From: Pirellulales bacterium
GTDB taxonomy: Bacteria > Planctomycetota > Planctomycetia > Pirellulales > JADZDJ01
DNA length: 64,000 nt
Assembly: GCA_963716135.1 (NCBI GenBank)
Contig: OY970289.1
Coordinates: forward strand, 3,256,274-3,320,273
Direction of reading: 5' to 3'
Shown: positions 18,894-29,757 of the stretch, one piece after another
How the letters are laid out: every line of letters begins with the position of its first letter
How positions within the stretch are numbered: position 1 is the first letter of the stretch
The notes under the pieces: model-generated
What the model was told of the DNA's origin: nothing
The model's input: only the letters and a program-made list of their open reading frames with translations
The model's database searches: none
Position numbers and translations under genes: made by a program

Positions 18894-18928
18894 GATCGCG
18901 CCGGATCTATCTACTAGAGGAGAATAAT

Positions 18929-21354
18929 ATGTCAATCGACTTAATGGATCGCGACCACCAAACTCGCGGCGACGCTCTGGAATCGCTCAACGCGAACGGC
19001 CCACTCCCAGCCGATCTGCTTCGAAAAATTAACGCCTATTGGCGTGCCGCCAACTATGTTTCGGTCGGGCAGATTTATCTCTACGACAATCCACTGCTGA
19101 AGGAACCGCTGAAGCTGTCGCACGTGAAGCCGCTGGTGGTTGGCCACTGGGGCACGACGCCCGGGCAGAACTTCATCTACGTGCATTTGAATCGGGTCAT
19201 CAAGAAGTATGACCTGGACATGTTCTACATTGCAGGTCCTGGTCACGGCGGCCCGGCAATTGTGGGCAATGTTTACCTCGAAGGCACCTGGAGTGAAGTT
19301 TATCCGAACGTCACCCAGGACGAAGCGGGGATGAAGAAGCTGTTCAAGCAATTCTCCTTTCCCGGCGGGATTTCCAGCCATGTTGCGCCGACGACTCCCG
19401 GGTCGATTCATGAAGGTGGCGAGCTGGGGTATTCGCTCAGCCATGCCTTTGGGGCCGCGTTCGACAATCCCGATCTGATCGTCGCCTGCGTCGTCGGCGA
19501 CGGTGAAGCGGAAACAGGCCCCTTGGCGACCGCCTGGCAATCCAACAAACTTCTCGACCCCATTACTGATGGAGCCGTGCTGCCGATCCTGCACCTCAAT
19601 GGCTACAAGATCAGCAACCCAACCGTCCTGGCCCGCATCGAGCATGAGGAATTGGACCAATTTCTACGAGGCTGCGGCTGGACGCCCCTCTTTGTGGAAG
19701 GTGATGAGCCGGAAAAGATGCATCAACTGATGGCGGCCACGTTGGAAACCGCCATCGAGGACATCCGGCGAATTCAAAAGAATGCACGAAACAAGAACGA
19801 TACCACTCGGCCGCGCTGGCCAATGATCGTTCTCAAATCGCCCAAGGGCTGGACGGGACCAAAAGTCGTCGATGGTCTGCAAATCGAGGGCACCTTCCGT
19901 GCGCACCAAGTGCCGCTCTTGGTGGATCCCGAGCATCCCGATCATGTCAAGCTGCTTGAAAGCTGGATGAAAAGCTATAAGGCGGAAGAACTGTTCGATG
20001 CAAATGGACGTCTCATCTCGGAATTAGCCGAGCTGGCGCCGAAGGGCGACCGGCGTATGGGCGCGAATCCCCACGCCAACGGCGGCATTCTGCTACGCGA
20101 CCTGCGCATGCCAGACTTCCACATCCACGCGGTGAATGTGCCTTCGCCCGGCGCTGTTAAGGGCCAGGATACGCTGGTGCTGGGTCAGTTCCTGCGTGAC
20201 GTGGCCAAGCTGAATCAGGATCAGCGTAATTTCCGCGTCTTCGGTCCCGATGAGACACTTTCGAATCTCCTGGGCGCAGTGTTTGAAACAACCAATCGTC
20301 AGTGGGACGCGCAGCAAACAGAGCAACGACGAGTTCCTCGCGCCTGCCGGACGCGTGCTGGATTCGATGCTCAGCGAGCACCAGTGCGAGGGTTGGTTGG
20401 AAGGATATTTGCTGACCGGGCGGCACGGATTGTTCAACAGCTATGAGGCTTTCATTCGCATAGTCGACTCGATGTTCAGCCAGCATGCTAAATGGCTGAA
20501 GGTGTGTTTGGAATTGCCCTGGCGCCGGGAGATATCGTCGCTGAACTATCTGCTGGCCTCTCACGTTTGGCAGCAGGATCACAACGGCTTCACGCACCAG
20601 GATCCCGGCTTCCTTGACCACGTGATCAACAAGAAGGCCGACATCGTGCGCGTGTACCTTCCGCCCGATGCCAATTGCCTGCTGTCGGTTTTTGATCACT
20701 GCTTGCGCAGCCGAAACTACGTCAACGTGGTGGTGGCCGGCAAACACGCCCTGCCGCAATGGCTGACTATGGATGCGGCGGTGGTGCACTGCACGGAAGG
20801 CATTGGCATTTGGCAATGGGCTAGCAACGATCAGAACTCCGAGCCGGACGTGGTAATGGCCTGCTGCGGAGATACGCCCACGCTGGAGATTCTGGCCGCC
20901 GTTTCCATTCTGCGCGCAGCAGCTGCCCGATCTGAAAATTCGGGTGGTCAACGTCGTCGATCTGATGAAGCTGCAATCGGCCAGCGAGCACCCGCACGGA
21001 CTGAGCGAAGCGGATTACGACTCGCTCTTCACCAGAGACAAACACATTATTTTCGGCTTTCATGGCTACCCGTGGCTGGTCCACCGACTGACCTACCGCC
21101 GGACCAACCGTAACCTCCACGTTCGGGGCTACAAGGAAGAGGGCACCATTACAACCGCCTTCGACATGCGAGTTCAGAATGACCTGGACCGATTCCACTT
21201 GGTGCAAGACGTCGTAGATCGCCTGCCGAATCTGGGCGCGAAGGGCGCCTACCTGAAGCAGATGGTGCAGGACAAGCTGATTGAGCACAAGCACTACATC
21301 GACGAGCACGGCCAAGATTTGCCCGAGATCCGCAACTGGAAATGGAAAGGATGA
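18929..21354 (+). CDS. xfp: phosphoketolase (xylulose-5-P/fructose-6-P), reading frame interrupted twice as given
   Basis: The ATG at 18929 follows agaggag. Motifs are [16 protein letters not shown] and GDGEAETG. The protein continues in ORF 20250-21113 ([18 protein letters not shown]) and ORF 20944-21354 ([18 protein letters not shown]). The shifts are near 20300-20325 and 20908-20925. Confidence 0.9.
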
Positions 21355-21361
21355 CGCCTCG

Positions 21362-22366
21362 ATGGCGCTGCGATTGATTGAGATGGTGTTGCGGGAGAAC
21401 GACGGGAAGGAAATCCGCGCGCTTCTCAAGGACAAAAAGGTGCTCGACCTCCGGCAGCTCGGATTACCGGACGGGGAAGTGCTGGTGCGGATTCTGTTGG
21501 ACGCGGAACAGTGCGAGGCGGTGCTGGATTTGTTGGAGACGCAGTACGCCGGTGGGGAGGGCAACCGGGTGGTGATTCTGCCTGTCGAGGCAACTTTGCC
21601 TCGCGCGGAGCCAGAGCCGGCCGCCGCGCCCGCAGAAACCCAGCCGGAGGAAAAACCGCCGGAGCGGATCGGCCGAGAGGAGTTGTACGAGGACATCAAA
21701 GATGCCGCGCGGTGTTCCTGGGTCTATCTGGCAATGGCCGTGTTGTCCACCGTCGTGGCGGCCATCGGTCTGCAGCAAAACAGCGTGGCCATCATCATCG
21801 GGGCGATGGTGATTGCGCCGTTGCTTGGACCGAACGTGGCGTTGGCGCTCGGCACGACGTTGGGCGACCTGTCATTGTTGCGGCGCGCGCTTCTGACGAA
21901 CCTGGCCGCGATTGCGACAGCGATGGCATTGTCAGTTGTTATCGGCGCGCTGGTGCACGTGGACCCAGCATTGCCTGAAGTGGCATCGCGCACACGGGCG
22001 GGGCTGGGCGATGGCGTGCTGGCATTGGCGTCGGGCTGCGCGGGCGCACTGGCGTTCACAACGGGCGTGTCGGCGACATTGATCGGGGTAATGGTGGCGG
22101 TAGCTTTGTTACCGCCGCTGGTGACGTTTGGGCTGCTGCTGGGCGGCGGGCAGCCGGCGTTGGCCATGGGCGCATTGTCGTTGTTTCTGATGAACCTGAT
22201 TTGCGTAAACCTTGCCGGCGTGACAACGTTTCTGGTGCAGGGCATTCACCCGGCGACCTGGTGGGAGAAAGATCGAGCCAAAAAAGCCACGCGCATCGCC
22301 ATCGGGCTGTGGGTGGCATTGTTGGCGGCATTGGTTGGCCTGATCGTGCTGTTACGAAATGGCTGA
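21362..22366 (+). CDS. DUF389/TIGR00341 family membrane protein
   Basis: Start at MALRLIEMVLREND. A soluble N-terminal domain is followed by Gly/Ala-rich TM segments (IIIGAMVIAPLLGP, LIGVMVAVALLPPL). Confidence 0.75.
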   Translation: MALRLIEMVLRENDGKEIRALLKDKKVLDLRQLGLPDGEVLVRILLDAEQCEAVLDLLETQYAGGEGNRVVILPVEATLPRAEPEPAAAPAETQPEEKPPERIGREELYEDIKDAARCSWVYLAMAVLSTVVAAIGLQQNSVAIIIGAMVIAPLLGPNVALALGTTLGDLSLLRRALLTNLAAIATAMALSVVIGALVHVDPALPEVASRTRAGLGDGVLALASGCAGALAFTTGVSATLIGVMVAVALLPPLVTFGLLLGGGQPALAMGALSLFLMNLICVNLAGVTTFLVQGIHPATWWEKDRAKKATRIAIGLWVALLAALVGLIVLLRNG

Positions 22367-22368
22367 AT

Positions 22369-23397
22369 ATGAATGCGAAAAAGCTAATCGATACCGCGAA
22401 GGCATTGGTCGCCGACGACAAGGGTTTGCTGGCGATGGATGAAAGCAATCCAACCTGCAACAAACGATTTTCTAGGTTGGGAATTCCCCAGACCGAGGAA
22501 GCCCGCCGCGCCTATCGTGAAATGATTGTGACCACGCCAGATCTCGGTGACTGCATCAGTGGTGTAATCCTCTACGACGAGACGATCCGCCAACAGAAAG
22601 CCGATGGCACCCCGTTTGTCAAAGTAATTATCGAGGCGGGAATCATTCCCGGCATCAAAGTCGACACCGGTGCTAAGGACATGGCCGGTCATCCCAAAGA
22701 GAGAATAACGGAAGGTCTGGACGGTTTGCGCGGCCGTCTGGCTAAATACTTTCAAATGGGCGCCCGGTTTGCCAAGTGGCGCGCGGTGATCGCAGTGGGC
22801 GAGAGCATTCCCAGTTGGGGTTGCATCGAGGCCAACGCGCAGGCATTGGCACGCTATGCCGCGTTGTGTCAGGAGGCTGGACTGGTACCCGTCGTCGAGC
22901 CGGAAGTGCTTATGGCCGGCGAGCATACCTTGGAGCGATGCAGCAAGGTGACGGAGGACGTTCTGCGACTGGTTTTTAACCAACTTTACACACAACGGGT
23001 GACGTTGGAGGGCATGATCCTGAAGCCCAACATGGTGCTTCCGGGATTGACCTGTCCCAAACAGGAAACGGTCGACGAGGTGGCCGACGCCACGGCGAGG
23101 TGTCTCTTAAGGGCCGTCCCCGCTGCCGTTCCAGGGATTGCATTCTTATCCGGCGGCCAATCCGGCGAACTGGCCTCGGCCCGTTTGAATGCAATGAATT
23201 TTCGATTCGAGTCGCGACTGCCCTGGGCGTTGGCGTTTTCGTTTGCGCGCGCCATCCAGCAACCGGCATTGAAAATATGGTCGGGCCGGGACGTTAACGT
23301 GAAGGCGGCTCAACAGGCGTTGCTTCATCGAGCCAGGTGCAATCGAGCGGCGCGCCGCGGCACCTACGACGCCACTATGGAAAGGACATGCGCGTGA
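22369..23397 (+). CDS. class I fructose-bisphosphate aldolase
   Basis: LLAMDESNPTCNKRF, ILKPNMV (Schiff-base Lys region) and FLSGGQS. Confidence 0.85.
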   Translation: MNAKKLIDTAKALVADDKGLLAMDESNPTCNKRFSRLGIPQTEEARRAYREMIVTTPDLGDCISGVILYDETIRQQKADGTPFVKVIIEAGIIPGIKVDTGAKDMAGHPKERITEGLDGLRGRLAKYFQMGARFAKWRAVIAVGESIPSWGCIEANAQALARYAALCQEAGLVPVVEPEVLMAGEHTLERCSKVTEDVLRLVFNQLYTQRVTLEGMILKPNMVLPGLTCPKQETVDEVADATARCLLRAVPAAVPGIAFLSGGQSGELASARLNAMNFRFESRLPWALAFSFARAIQQPALKIWSGRDVNVKAAQQALLHRARCNRAARRGTYDATMERTCA

Positions 23398-24404
23398 TAA
23401 CAAAGACACATACTCCGAGTCAAACACGTTTGTATCCTCTGCGATTCGAACCGATCTACCAGTATCGGCTCTGGGGTGGCCGGCGTTTGGCAGATCTGCT
23501 TACGGCGCCGCTGCCCGGCGATGGCCCCATCGGCGAAGCTTGGCTACTGAGCGACCGCGACGACCATCCCAGCAAGGTCGCCGCCGGGCCGCTCAAAGGA
23601 TCGACCATCCGGCAATTGCTGGAGAAGTCGCCGCAGCAGTTGCTAGGAAAACTGGCGGGCCGTTTCCAACGATTCCCTGTGCTGCTCAAGTTCCTCGACG
23701 CACACGAGAAGCTATCGGTCCAAGTGCATCCGAAGGATGGGCAGAGGGACTATATCCCAGCGGGCGAGAGCGGAAAAACCGAAGCATGGGTCGTGCTGGA
23801 GGCGGGGCCCGCCAGCCGTATCTACGCGGGACTGAAGCCACGCACCACGCAAGACGACCTGAAGCGCGCGCTCGCGAGTCGGGCAGTAGCAAACCTTCTG
23901 GCAAGCTTCACGCCGAGGGTCGGCGACGCCGTCTTCCTCAAAGCAGGGACCGTTCACTCCCTCAGCGGACTGGTGGTGTTTGAAGTGCAGGAAAACAGCG
24001 ACGTCACGTTTCGTCTGTACGACTGGGATCGCGTCGACCCTAAGACAGACAAGCCGCGGCCTCTGCAAGTCGAACAGGCGCTTGCCTGTATTGATTTCGA
24101 GCAAGTCGCGATCGGTCCAGTGACGCCGGTGATAGAGGAGGAGGCGCCGGTGAAGTGTGAGAGACTGTTTCATTGCGAACATTTCTCGGTGTGGCGGCAC
24201 GAGGGACAATCGCCGTTCACAGTCGGCGCGGCGGGCGTGCCGCGCCTGCTGGTTTGCATCGACGGCGAGGGAGAATTGGAGCACAGCGGCGCAGATTATC
24301 CCGTGGGCCGCGGCGACGTCGTACTTTTACCGGCGGAGGTTGGCGCGTGTACGTACCGTCCGCGCAATGCGGTCAATTTATTGGAAGTCGCGTTGCCGGA
24401 ATAG
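23388..24404 (+). CDS. manA: type I phosphomannose isomerase (cupin)
   Basis: LYPLRFEPIYQYRLWGG, LSVQVHP and GKTEAWVVLEA. It overlaps the aldolase stop by 10 nt. Confidence 0.8.
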   Translation: MRVITKTHTPSQTRLYPLRFEPIYQYRLWGGRRLADLLTAPLPGDGPIGEAWLLSDRDDHPSKVAAGPLKGSTIRQLLEKSPQQLLGKLAGRFQRFPVLLKFLDAHEKLSVQVHPKDGQRDYIPAGESGKTEAWVVLEAGPASRIYAGLKPRTTQDDLKRALASRAVANLLASFTPRVGDAVFLKAGTVHSLSGLVVFEVQENSDVTFRLYDWDRVDPKTDKPRPLQVEQALACIDFEQVAIGPVTPVIEEEAPVKCERLFHCEHFSVWRHEGQSPFTVGAAGVPRLLVCIDGEGELEHSGADYPVGRGDVVLLPAEVGACTYRPRNAVNLLEVALPE

Positions 24405-24461
24405 TTTCAGCCGCTCAGGATCAGGATAGTAAGCAACGCCAACAACACGGAAACAGTAAGC

Positions 24462-25205
24462 ATGAAAAAACTCGTTGTTTTCGACTTGGATGGAACACTT
24501 GCCGAGAGCAAGTCCACGCTGGATGCCGAGATGGCGGCGCTCATGAATAAACTGCTTAGTTTTATTAAGGTTGCTGTGATCTCGGGCGGCAATTGGCCGC
24601 AATTTCAAAAGCAAGTGCTCGCTCACCTGACCAGTGACGAACGGTTGAAAAATCTTTCGCTCCTGCCCACGTGTGGAACACAGTTTTACAAATACGAAAC
24701 AGGTTGGGATCGGATTTACGCCGAGGATTTTACCCCTGAACAGAAACAGAAGATTATCAGTTCACTGAAGAAGGCGATCGAGCAATCGGGTCTGAAAGCG
24801 GAAAAGACCTGGGGAGATGTGATTGAAGATCGGGGAAGTCAGATCACATTTTCCGCGCTCGGTCAGCAGGCCCCCTTAGAAGAAAAAAAGAAATGGGATC
24901 CTGATTTCACCAAGCGGAAGAAGATGAAAGCCATCCTTGACCCGTTGATTCCGGAGTTTTCTGTCCGAATGGGTGGTGCGACATCCATTGATGTCACGAA
25001 CCACGGAATCGACAAAGCCTATGGGATCAGAAAGCTACGAGACATCCTCGGGATTTCCATTGAAGAGATGATCTTTATCGGGGATGCCTTGTTCCCAGGC
25101 GGTAACGACTATCCGGCCGAGAAAGCGGGCGTCGTTTCAATTCGAGTCAAAGATCCCAATTACACCAAACTGGTTATCGAAACGATCATTGCTTGTTTGG
25201 CTTGA
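24462..25205 (+). CDS. HAD-IIB family hydrolase (sugar-phosphate phosphatase/mutase-like)
   Basis: VVFDLDGTL catalytic motif, a cap region, and a late IGDALFPGGNDYP motif. Confidence 0.75.
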   Translation: MKKLVVFDLDGTLAESKSTLDAEMAALMNKLLSFIKVAVISGGNWPQFQKQVLAHLTSDERLKNLSLLPTCGTQFYKYETGWDRIYAEDFTPEQKQKIISSLKKAIEQSGLKAEKTWGDVIEDRGSQITFSALGQQAPLEEKKKWDPDFTKRKKMKAILDPLIPEFSVRMGGATSIDVTNHGIDKAYGIRKLRDILGISIEEMIFIGDALFPGGNDYPAEKAGVVSIRVKDPNYTKLVIETIIACLA

Positions 25206-25237
25206 GTCTGACGAGAATGACCTTGCGAGGAAAACCG

Positions 25238-26392
25238 ATGGCTGGATTTCAGTTAAAGCGGCTGGGGTTGATGATGGAGCCGGAGCCGGGCAATCCGCTG
25301 GAGGTCGAAGGCGTCCTGAATCCGGCTGCCGTTCGTGGCCCGGAGGGAAAGCTCTATCTTTTCCCGCGTCTAGTCGCGCGGGGAAATTATTCGCGCATCG
25401 GCATTGCACGAGTGAAGTTCAATGAGGCCGGCGACCCGGTGGGCGTTGAACGGCTCGGCATCGCACTAGAGCCCGAAGCGGATTACGAACTGCGGCCCGA
25501 TGGTGGCGGAGGTTGCGAGGATCCGCGTATCACGTTCGTGGAACCGCTCCAGCGCTACATGATGACCTATACGGCGCTCTCGCCTGTCGGTCCACGGATC
25601 GCCCTGGCCGAATCGGAGGATTTGTTTCACTGGAAGCGATTGGGGCTCGCGACCTTTGAACCGTATCACGGCATCGATTTCGTCAACGTGGACAACAAGG
25701 ATGCCAGCCTCTTTCCCGTCGCCGTTCCCAATCATGCCGGGAAAATGCAAATGGCGATGCTCCATCGACCGCTTTTTTCTGGCACTCGTCCCGAGGAAAC
25801 CGTCTGCCAGGGCGCGTCGCGGGTGGTGGATCTTGATCATGAAAGCATCTGGATATCTTATTGTCCGATGGCCTTGGAGGGCCGCCACGACCAGCAGCAC
25901 CTCGGCCTGTTCAATTCGCATCACCGGCTCGCGACTCCGGTGTCGCCCTGGGAGATGCTCAAAATCGGCTGCGGAACCCCGCCCGTCCTGACCCGGCACG
26001 GCTGGCTGATCATCTACCACGGCGTCAGTAAGATGTCGGAGGCGAGCAACGATCGACGTGCACTGCGCTATTCGGCCGGCGTGATGGTACTCTCGAAAGA
26101 GCATCCACGCGAAATTCTCTATCGCTCGCCGGAACCGGTGCTGACGCCAGAGCTGCCAGAGGAATGTCACGGCACCATCGCCAACGTTGTGTTCCCCACC
26201 GGCATCGACCGGCGCGATGATCTCGGCTTGCCGCACCGCTTCGACGTTTATTACGGGATGGCCGACAACCGCATTGGCGTGGCACGCCTCGACAATCCGG
26301 AACGACTACCTCCGGGTGGAGTCGCCGACCTGCCGGAAGCGAAGGCGGGCGTATTCGCCCGACAACCAAAAATTGAAACCGTGCGAGGATAA
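25238..26392 (+). CDS. glycoside hydrolase family 130 (mannoside phosphorylase/DUF377-like)
   Basis: Start at MAGFQLKRLG. VLNPAAV..LFPR, CEDPRITF, DNKDASLFP and a five-bladed pattern. The family call is from memory. Confidence 0.75.
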   Translation: MAGFQLKRLGLMMEPEPGNPLEVEGVLNPAAVRGPEGKLYLFPRLVARGNYSRIGIARVKFNEAGDPVGVERLGIALEPEADYELRPDGGGGCEDPRITFVEPLQRYMMTYTALSPVGPRIALAESEDLFHWKRLGLATFEPYHGIDFVNVDNKDASLFPVAVPNHAGKMQMAMLHRPLFSGTRPEETVCQGASRVVDLDHESIWISYCPMALEGRHDQQHLGLFNSHHRLATPVSPWEMLKIGCGTPPVLTRHGWLIIYHGVSKMSEASNDRRALRYSAGVMVLSKEHPREILYRSPEPVLTPELPEECHGTIANVVFPTGIDRRDDLGLPHRFDVYYGMADNRIGVARLDNPERLPPGGVADLPEAKAGVFARQPKIETVRG

Positions 26393-26397
26393 ATGTC

Positions 26398-29091
26398 ATG
26401 AAACCAATTGCCGTCCAACCCAAAGCTCCCGAATCGAAGCCGGATGCCAAACCGGGATCAAAACCGGACGCGAAAGACGATCTCAAAACCCTCCCTATAT
26501 CGGAGGTGGAGGAAAAATTGAATTCGTCGCCGGACGGACTCCGTCAAGCCGAGGCGCAGAAACGGCTGACCCAATATGGGCCCAACGAGATTAAAGAGGA
26601 GAAGACCAATCCGCTCCTGAAATTCCTTACGTATTTTTGGGGCCCCATCCCGTGGATGATCGAAGTGGCGGTGATTCTGTCGGCCGTAGTCGGCCACTGG
26701 GAGGATTTTGGCATCATCCTCTTTTTGCTGCTTTGCAACGCCGTGGTCGGATTTTGGGAAGAACACCAGGCGGGCAACGCCATCGACGCCCTGAAGGCCA
26801 GGCTGGCGATCAAGGCCCGAGTGAAACGGGACGGCAAGTGGATCAATCCCCCGGCGCGTGAGTTGGTACCGGGCGACGTCATCCGCCTGCGCCTGGGCGA
26901 CATTGTGCCGGCGGATGCGCGCTTGCTGGACGGCGACGAGGTCTCGGTGGACCAGTCCGCGCTGACCGGCGAGTCGCTACCTGCCACGCGCAAACCCGGC
27001 GAGGCGGTGTTTTCGGGCTCGATTATCAAGCGGGGTGAAATCGACGCATTGGTCTATGCCACAGGCGCCAACACTTACTTCGGCGAAACGGCCAAACTGG
27101 TACAGGAGGCGCACACCGTCAGCCATTTTCAACAAGCCGTGCTGAAGATCGGCAAGTACCTGATTGTCCTCGCGCTGGCTCTGGTGGCGGTGATTATTGC
27201 GGTAGGTATCTACCGCGGTGAACCGATGCTGTATGCGAAACCCCCCACGGACCCGGTCCTTTTATTCGCCCTCATCCTCACCGTCGCGGCCATTCCCGTG
27301 GCGATGCCTACGGTGCTGTCGGTGACGATGGCCGTTGGTGCTCGCCTGCTCGCCAAGAAGCAAGCGATTGTAAGCAAGTTGGTGGCGATCGAGGAATTGG
27401 CGGGCGTGGATGTGCTGTGCGCGGACAAGACCGGCACCCTGACGCAGAACAAGCTGACGCTGGGCGATCCTTTCAGCGTCCACGACGTTCCGGCCGATCG
27501 ACTCATCCTCGATGGAGCGCTGGCGTCGCGTTCGGACAATGACGACACGATTGATCTAGCGGTGCTGGCCGGGCTGAAGGATAAGAATGCGTTGAAGGAC
27601 TATGACGTGCTTCATTTCCAGCCGTTCGATCCGGTGCATAAACGCACCGAGGCCAAGGTCAAAACCAAAGACGGAAAGACGTTCAAGGTGACGAAGGGCG
27701 CGCCGCAGGTGATCTTGAAGATGTCGGCGGATGCCGCGCAGGTGAAGCCCGCCGTTGACAAGGCGGTCGATGACTTCGCGGCGCGCGGCTTTCGTTCGCT
27801 GGGCGTGGCGCGTGCGGACGGGGACGGCCCGTGGCAGTTCCTCGGCGTGTTGCCGCTGTTCGATCCGCCCAGGGACGACGCCAAGGCGACCGTCGCCACC
27901 GCGGAAAAGATGGGCGTGAAGATCAAAATGGTGACAGGCGATGCACTGGCCATCGCCAAGGAGACCGCCAAAAAGCTCGACATGGGCACTAATATCCTTG
28001 ATGCTGCCAGTTTGGGTGACTCGAAAAAACAAGAGAGCGCCGAGGTGGCCGATTCCATCGAAAAGGCCGATGGTTTCGCCCAGGTGTTCCCCGAGCACAA
28101 GTATCACATTATTGATGTCCTGCAAAAACGTGGCCACATCGTTGGCATGACGGGAGACGGCGTGAATGATGCCCCCGCGCTGAAGAAGGCCGACTGCGGC
28201 ATCGCTGTTTCCGGCGCGACCGACGCGGCCCGCGCGGCGGCTTCCATCGTGCTGGTGGCGCCCGGCCTGGCGGTGATCATCGACGCGATCAAGGAGAGCC
28301 GGAAAATCTTCCAGCGGATGAATAGCTATGCGATCTACCGCATCGCCGAAACGCTGCGCGTGCTGTTGTTAATGACGCTGTCGATCCTGATCTTCAAGTT
28401 TTATCCGGTGACCGCGGTAATGATCGTGATGATCGCATTGCTCAACGACGGAGCAATCCTATCCATTGCCTACGATAATGTTCGTTACCGAAACCAACCC
28501 GAAGCGTGGAACATGCGCATGGTGTTGGGCATTTCCACCGTGCTGGGAGCCATCGGGGTCGTATCCGCGTTTGGCCTGTTCTATCTTGGCGAAGTGGTAT
28601 TTGGTCTCGACCGCGCGGTCATCCAGACACTGATCTACCTGAAACTGTCCGTCGCCGGACACCTGACGATCTTCCTGACGCGCACGCGCGGCCCATTTTG
28701 GTCCATTCGCCCCGCGCACATTTTGTGGGGCGCCGTGCTTGGCACGCAAATCGTGGCGACCATGATCGCAGTTTTTGGGGTTCTCATGGAGCCACTCCCC
28801 TGGAAATGGGCACTATTCGTGTGGGCCTATGCTCTGGCTTGGTTCCTTGTGAATGATCGCGTGAAACTGCTCGCCTATTGGGTTTTGGATCACACCAAAG
28901 CTGGGGCCACGCCGGAAGCCAGAGCCCAGAACAAGCCCGCAGCCAAAGTGTCGACGCCGTCCGATATGACGCCGCAGATCGCCGCCCGAGCCTATGAGCT
29001 CTACCAGCAGCGAGTCCACGGCGAAAGCCAAGCAGATCAAGACTGGCAAAAGGCGGAGCGGGAGATTCAGAAAGCTAAACCCCACAAATAA
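26398..29091 (+). CDS. P-type ATPase, plasma-membrane H+-ATPase (P3A)-like, with DUF2934-like C-terminal tail
   Basis: TGES, CADKTGTLT, MVTGD and GDGVNDAPALKKA. The tail is AYELYQQRVHGESQADQDWQKAEREIQKA. Confidence 0.9.
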   Translation: MKPIAVQPKAPESKPDAKPGSKPDAKDDLKTLPISEVEEKLNSSPDGLRQAEAQKRLTQYGPNEIKEEKTNPLLKFLTYFWGPIPWMIEVAVILSAVVGHWEDFGIILFLLLCNAVVGFWEEHQAGNAIDALKARLAIKARVKRDGKWINPPARELVPGDVIRLRLGDIVPADARLLDGDEVSVDQSALTGESLPATRKPGEAVFSGSIIKRGEIDALVYATGANTYFGETAKLVQEAHTVSHFQQAVLKIGKYLIVLALALVAVIIAVGIYRGEPMLYAKPPTDPVLLFALILTVAAIPVAMPTVLSVTMAVGARLLAKKQAIVSKLVAIEELAGVDVLCADKTGTLTQNKLTLGDPFSVHDVPADRLILDGALASRSDNDDTIDLAVLAGLKDKNALKDYDVLHFQPFDPVHKRTEAKVKTKDGKTFKVTKGAPQVILKMSADAAQVKPAVDKAVDDFAARGFRSLGVARADGDGPWQFLGVLPLFDPPRDDAKATVATAEKMGVKIKMVTGDALAIAKETAKKLDMGTNILDAASLGDSKKQESAEVADSIEKADGFAQVFPEHKYHIIDVLQKRGHIVGMTGDGVNDAPALKKADCGIAVSGATDAARAAASIVLVAPGLAVIIDAIKESRKIFQRMNSYAIYRIAETLRVLLLMTLSILIFKFYPVTAVMIVMIALLNDGAILSIAYDNVRYRNQPEAWNMRMVLGISTVLGAIGVVSAFGLFYLGEVVFGLDRAVIQTLIYLKLSVAGHLTIFLTRTRGPFWSIRPAHILWGAVLGTQIVATMIAVFGVLMEPLPWKWALFVWAYALAWFLVNDRVKLLAYWVLDHTKAGATPEARAQNKPAAKVSTPSDMTPQIAARAYELYQQRVHGESQADQDWQKAEREIQKAKPHK

Positions 29092-29305
29092 ACAGACACA
29101 AAGCGCGGCGGGCCGTGATTGCGATCGGCGCTGGAATCCCTCGCAGAGTCGCATCGATGCCAACTCACATGCATTGACTTGCTATGCCGCGGTATGCCAG
29201 GAGGGGGGGCCAGTTGACTCTCACCTTCCGAACGATTGCATCTTTGATGACTTGGTCTTCTGGCATCGGCCAACTGGCACATAGTCCGCGCAAGTGCCAA
29301 ATCTT

Positions 29306-29475
29306 CCAAAAATCTTCGTTTCCTGAGGCTCGCAGCAGGGCCAGATCTGCGGTAAGTCACCGCCGCGCATCATTCCGAGAATACGGATGGGTTTCCAGGG
29401 CGCTAAGACCGTCCCGTCAAACCAATGAGTTTCTGACGCAGGCAGCGTGAAGCGCCGTCTGTCGGTCGATTCTCC
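29306..29475 (+). repeat. Rep-C repeat, copy 1
   Basis: ..ggctcgcagcagggccagatc..aagtcaccgccgcgcatcattccgagaatacggatgggtttccagg..caaaccaatgagtttctgacgcaggcagcg.. matches 50171-50335 at roughly nine in ten positions by eye. Confidence 0.8.
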
Positions 29476-29665
29476 CATCCACAAATTCATTGCACCGCCT
29501 CCAGGGACTGGTATACTGACTGATGTTCGCCGCTGGACTTGCTTCTTGGCGACGAACGTAAGCCCCACGCTGCGGAAGTCTCCAAGCGAAATTATCTGCG
29601 GCGCGGGGCTTCTCTATGCGCTGCTAAAATCACCCTGCCGCCGCGTGGGGAGCGATTTTCATATC

Positions 29666-29757
29666 ATTGAGTTCCCGACGCGCAGCCTCGGTCTCATAAA
29701 CACGGTGGTTTAACAAAGCGTCCCGCAATTGACGAGTTGCTGAGACGAATTCGGCGG
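29666..29757 (+). repeat. Rep-A-related modules
   Basis: gagttcccgacgcgcagcctcggtctcataaacacgg matches 41770-41800. gtttaacaaagcgtcccgcaattgacgagttgctgagacgaattcggcgg matches 61795-61845. Confidence 0.7.
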
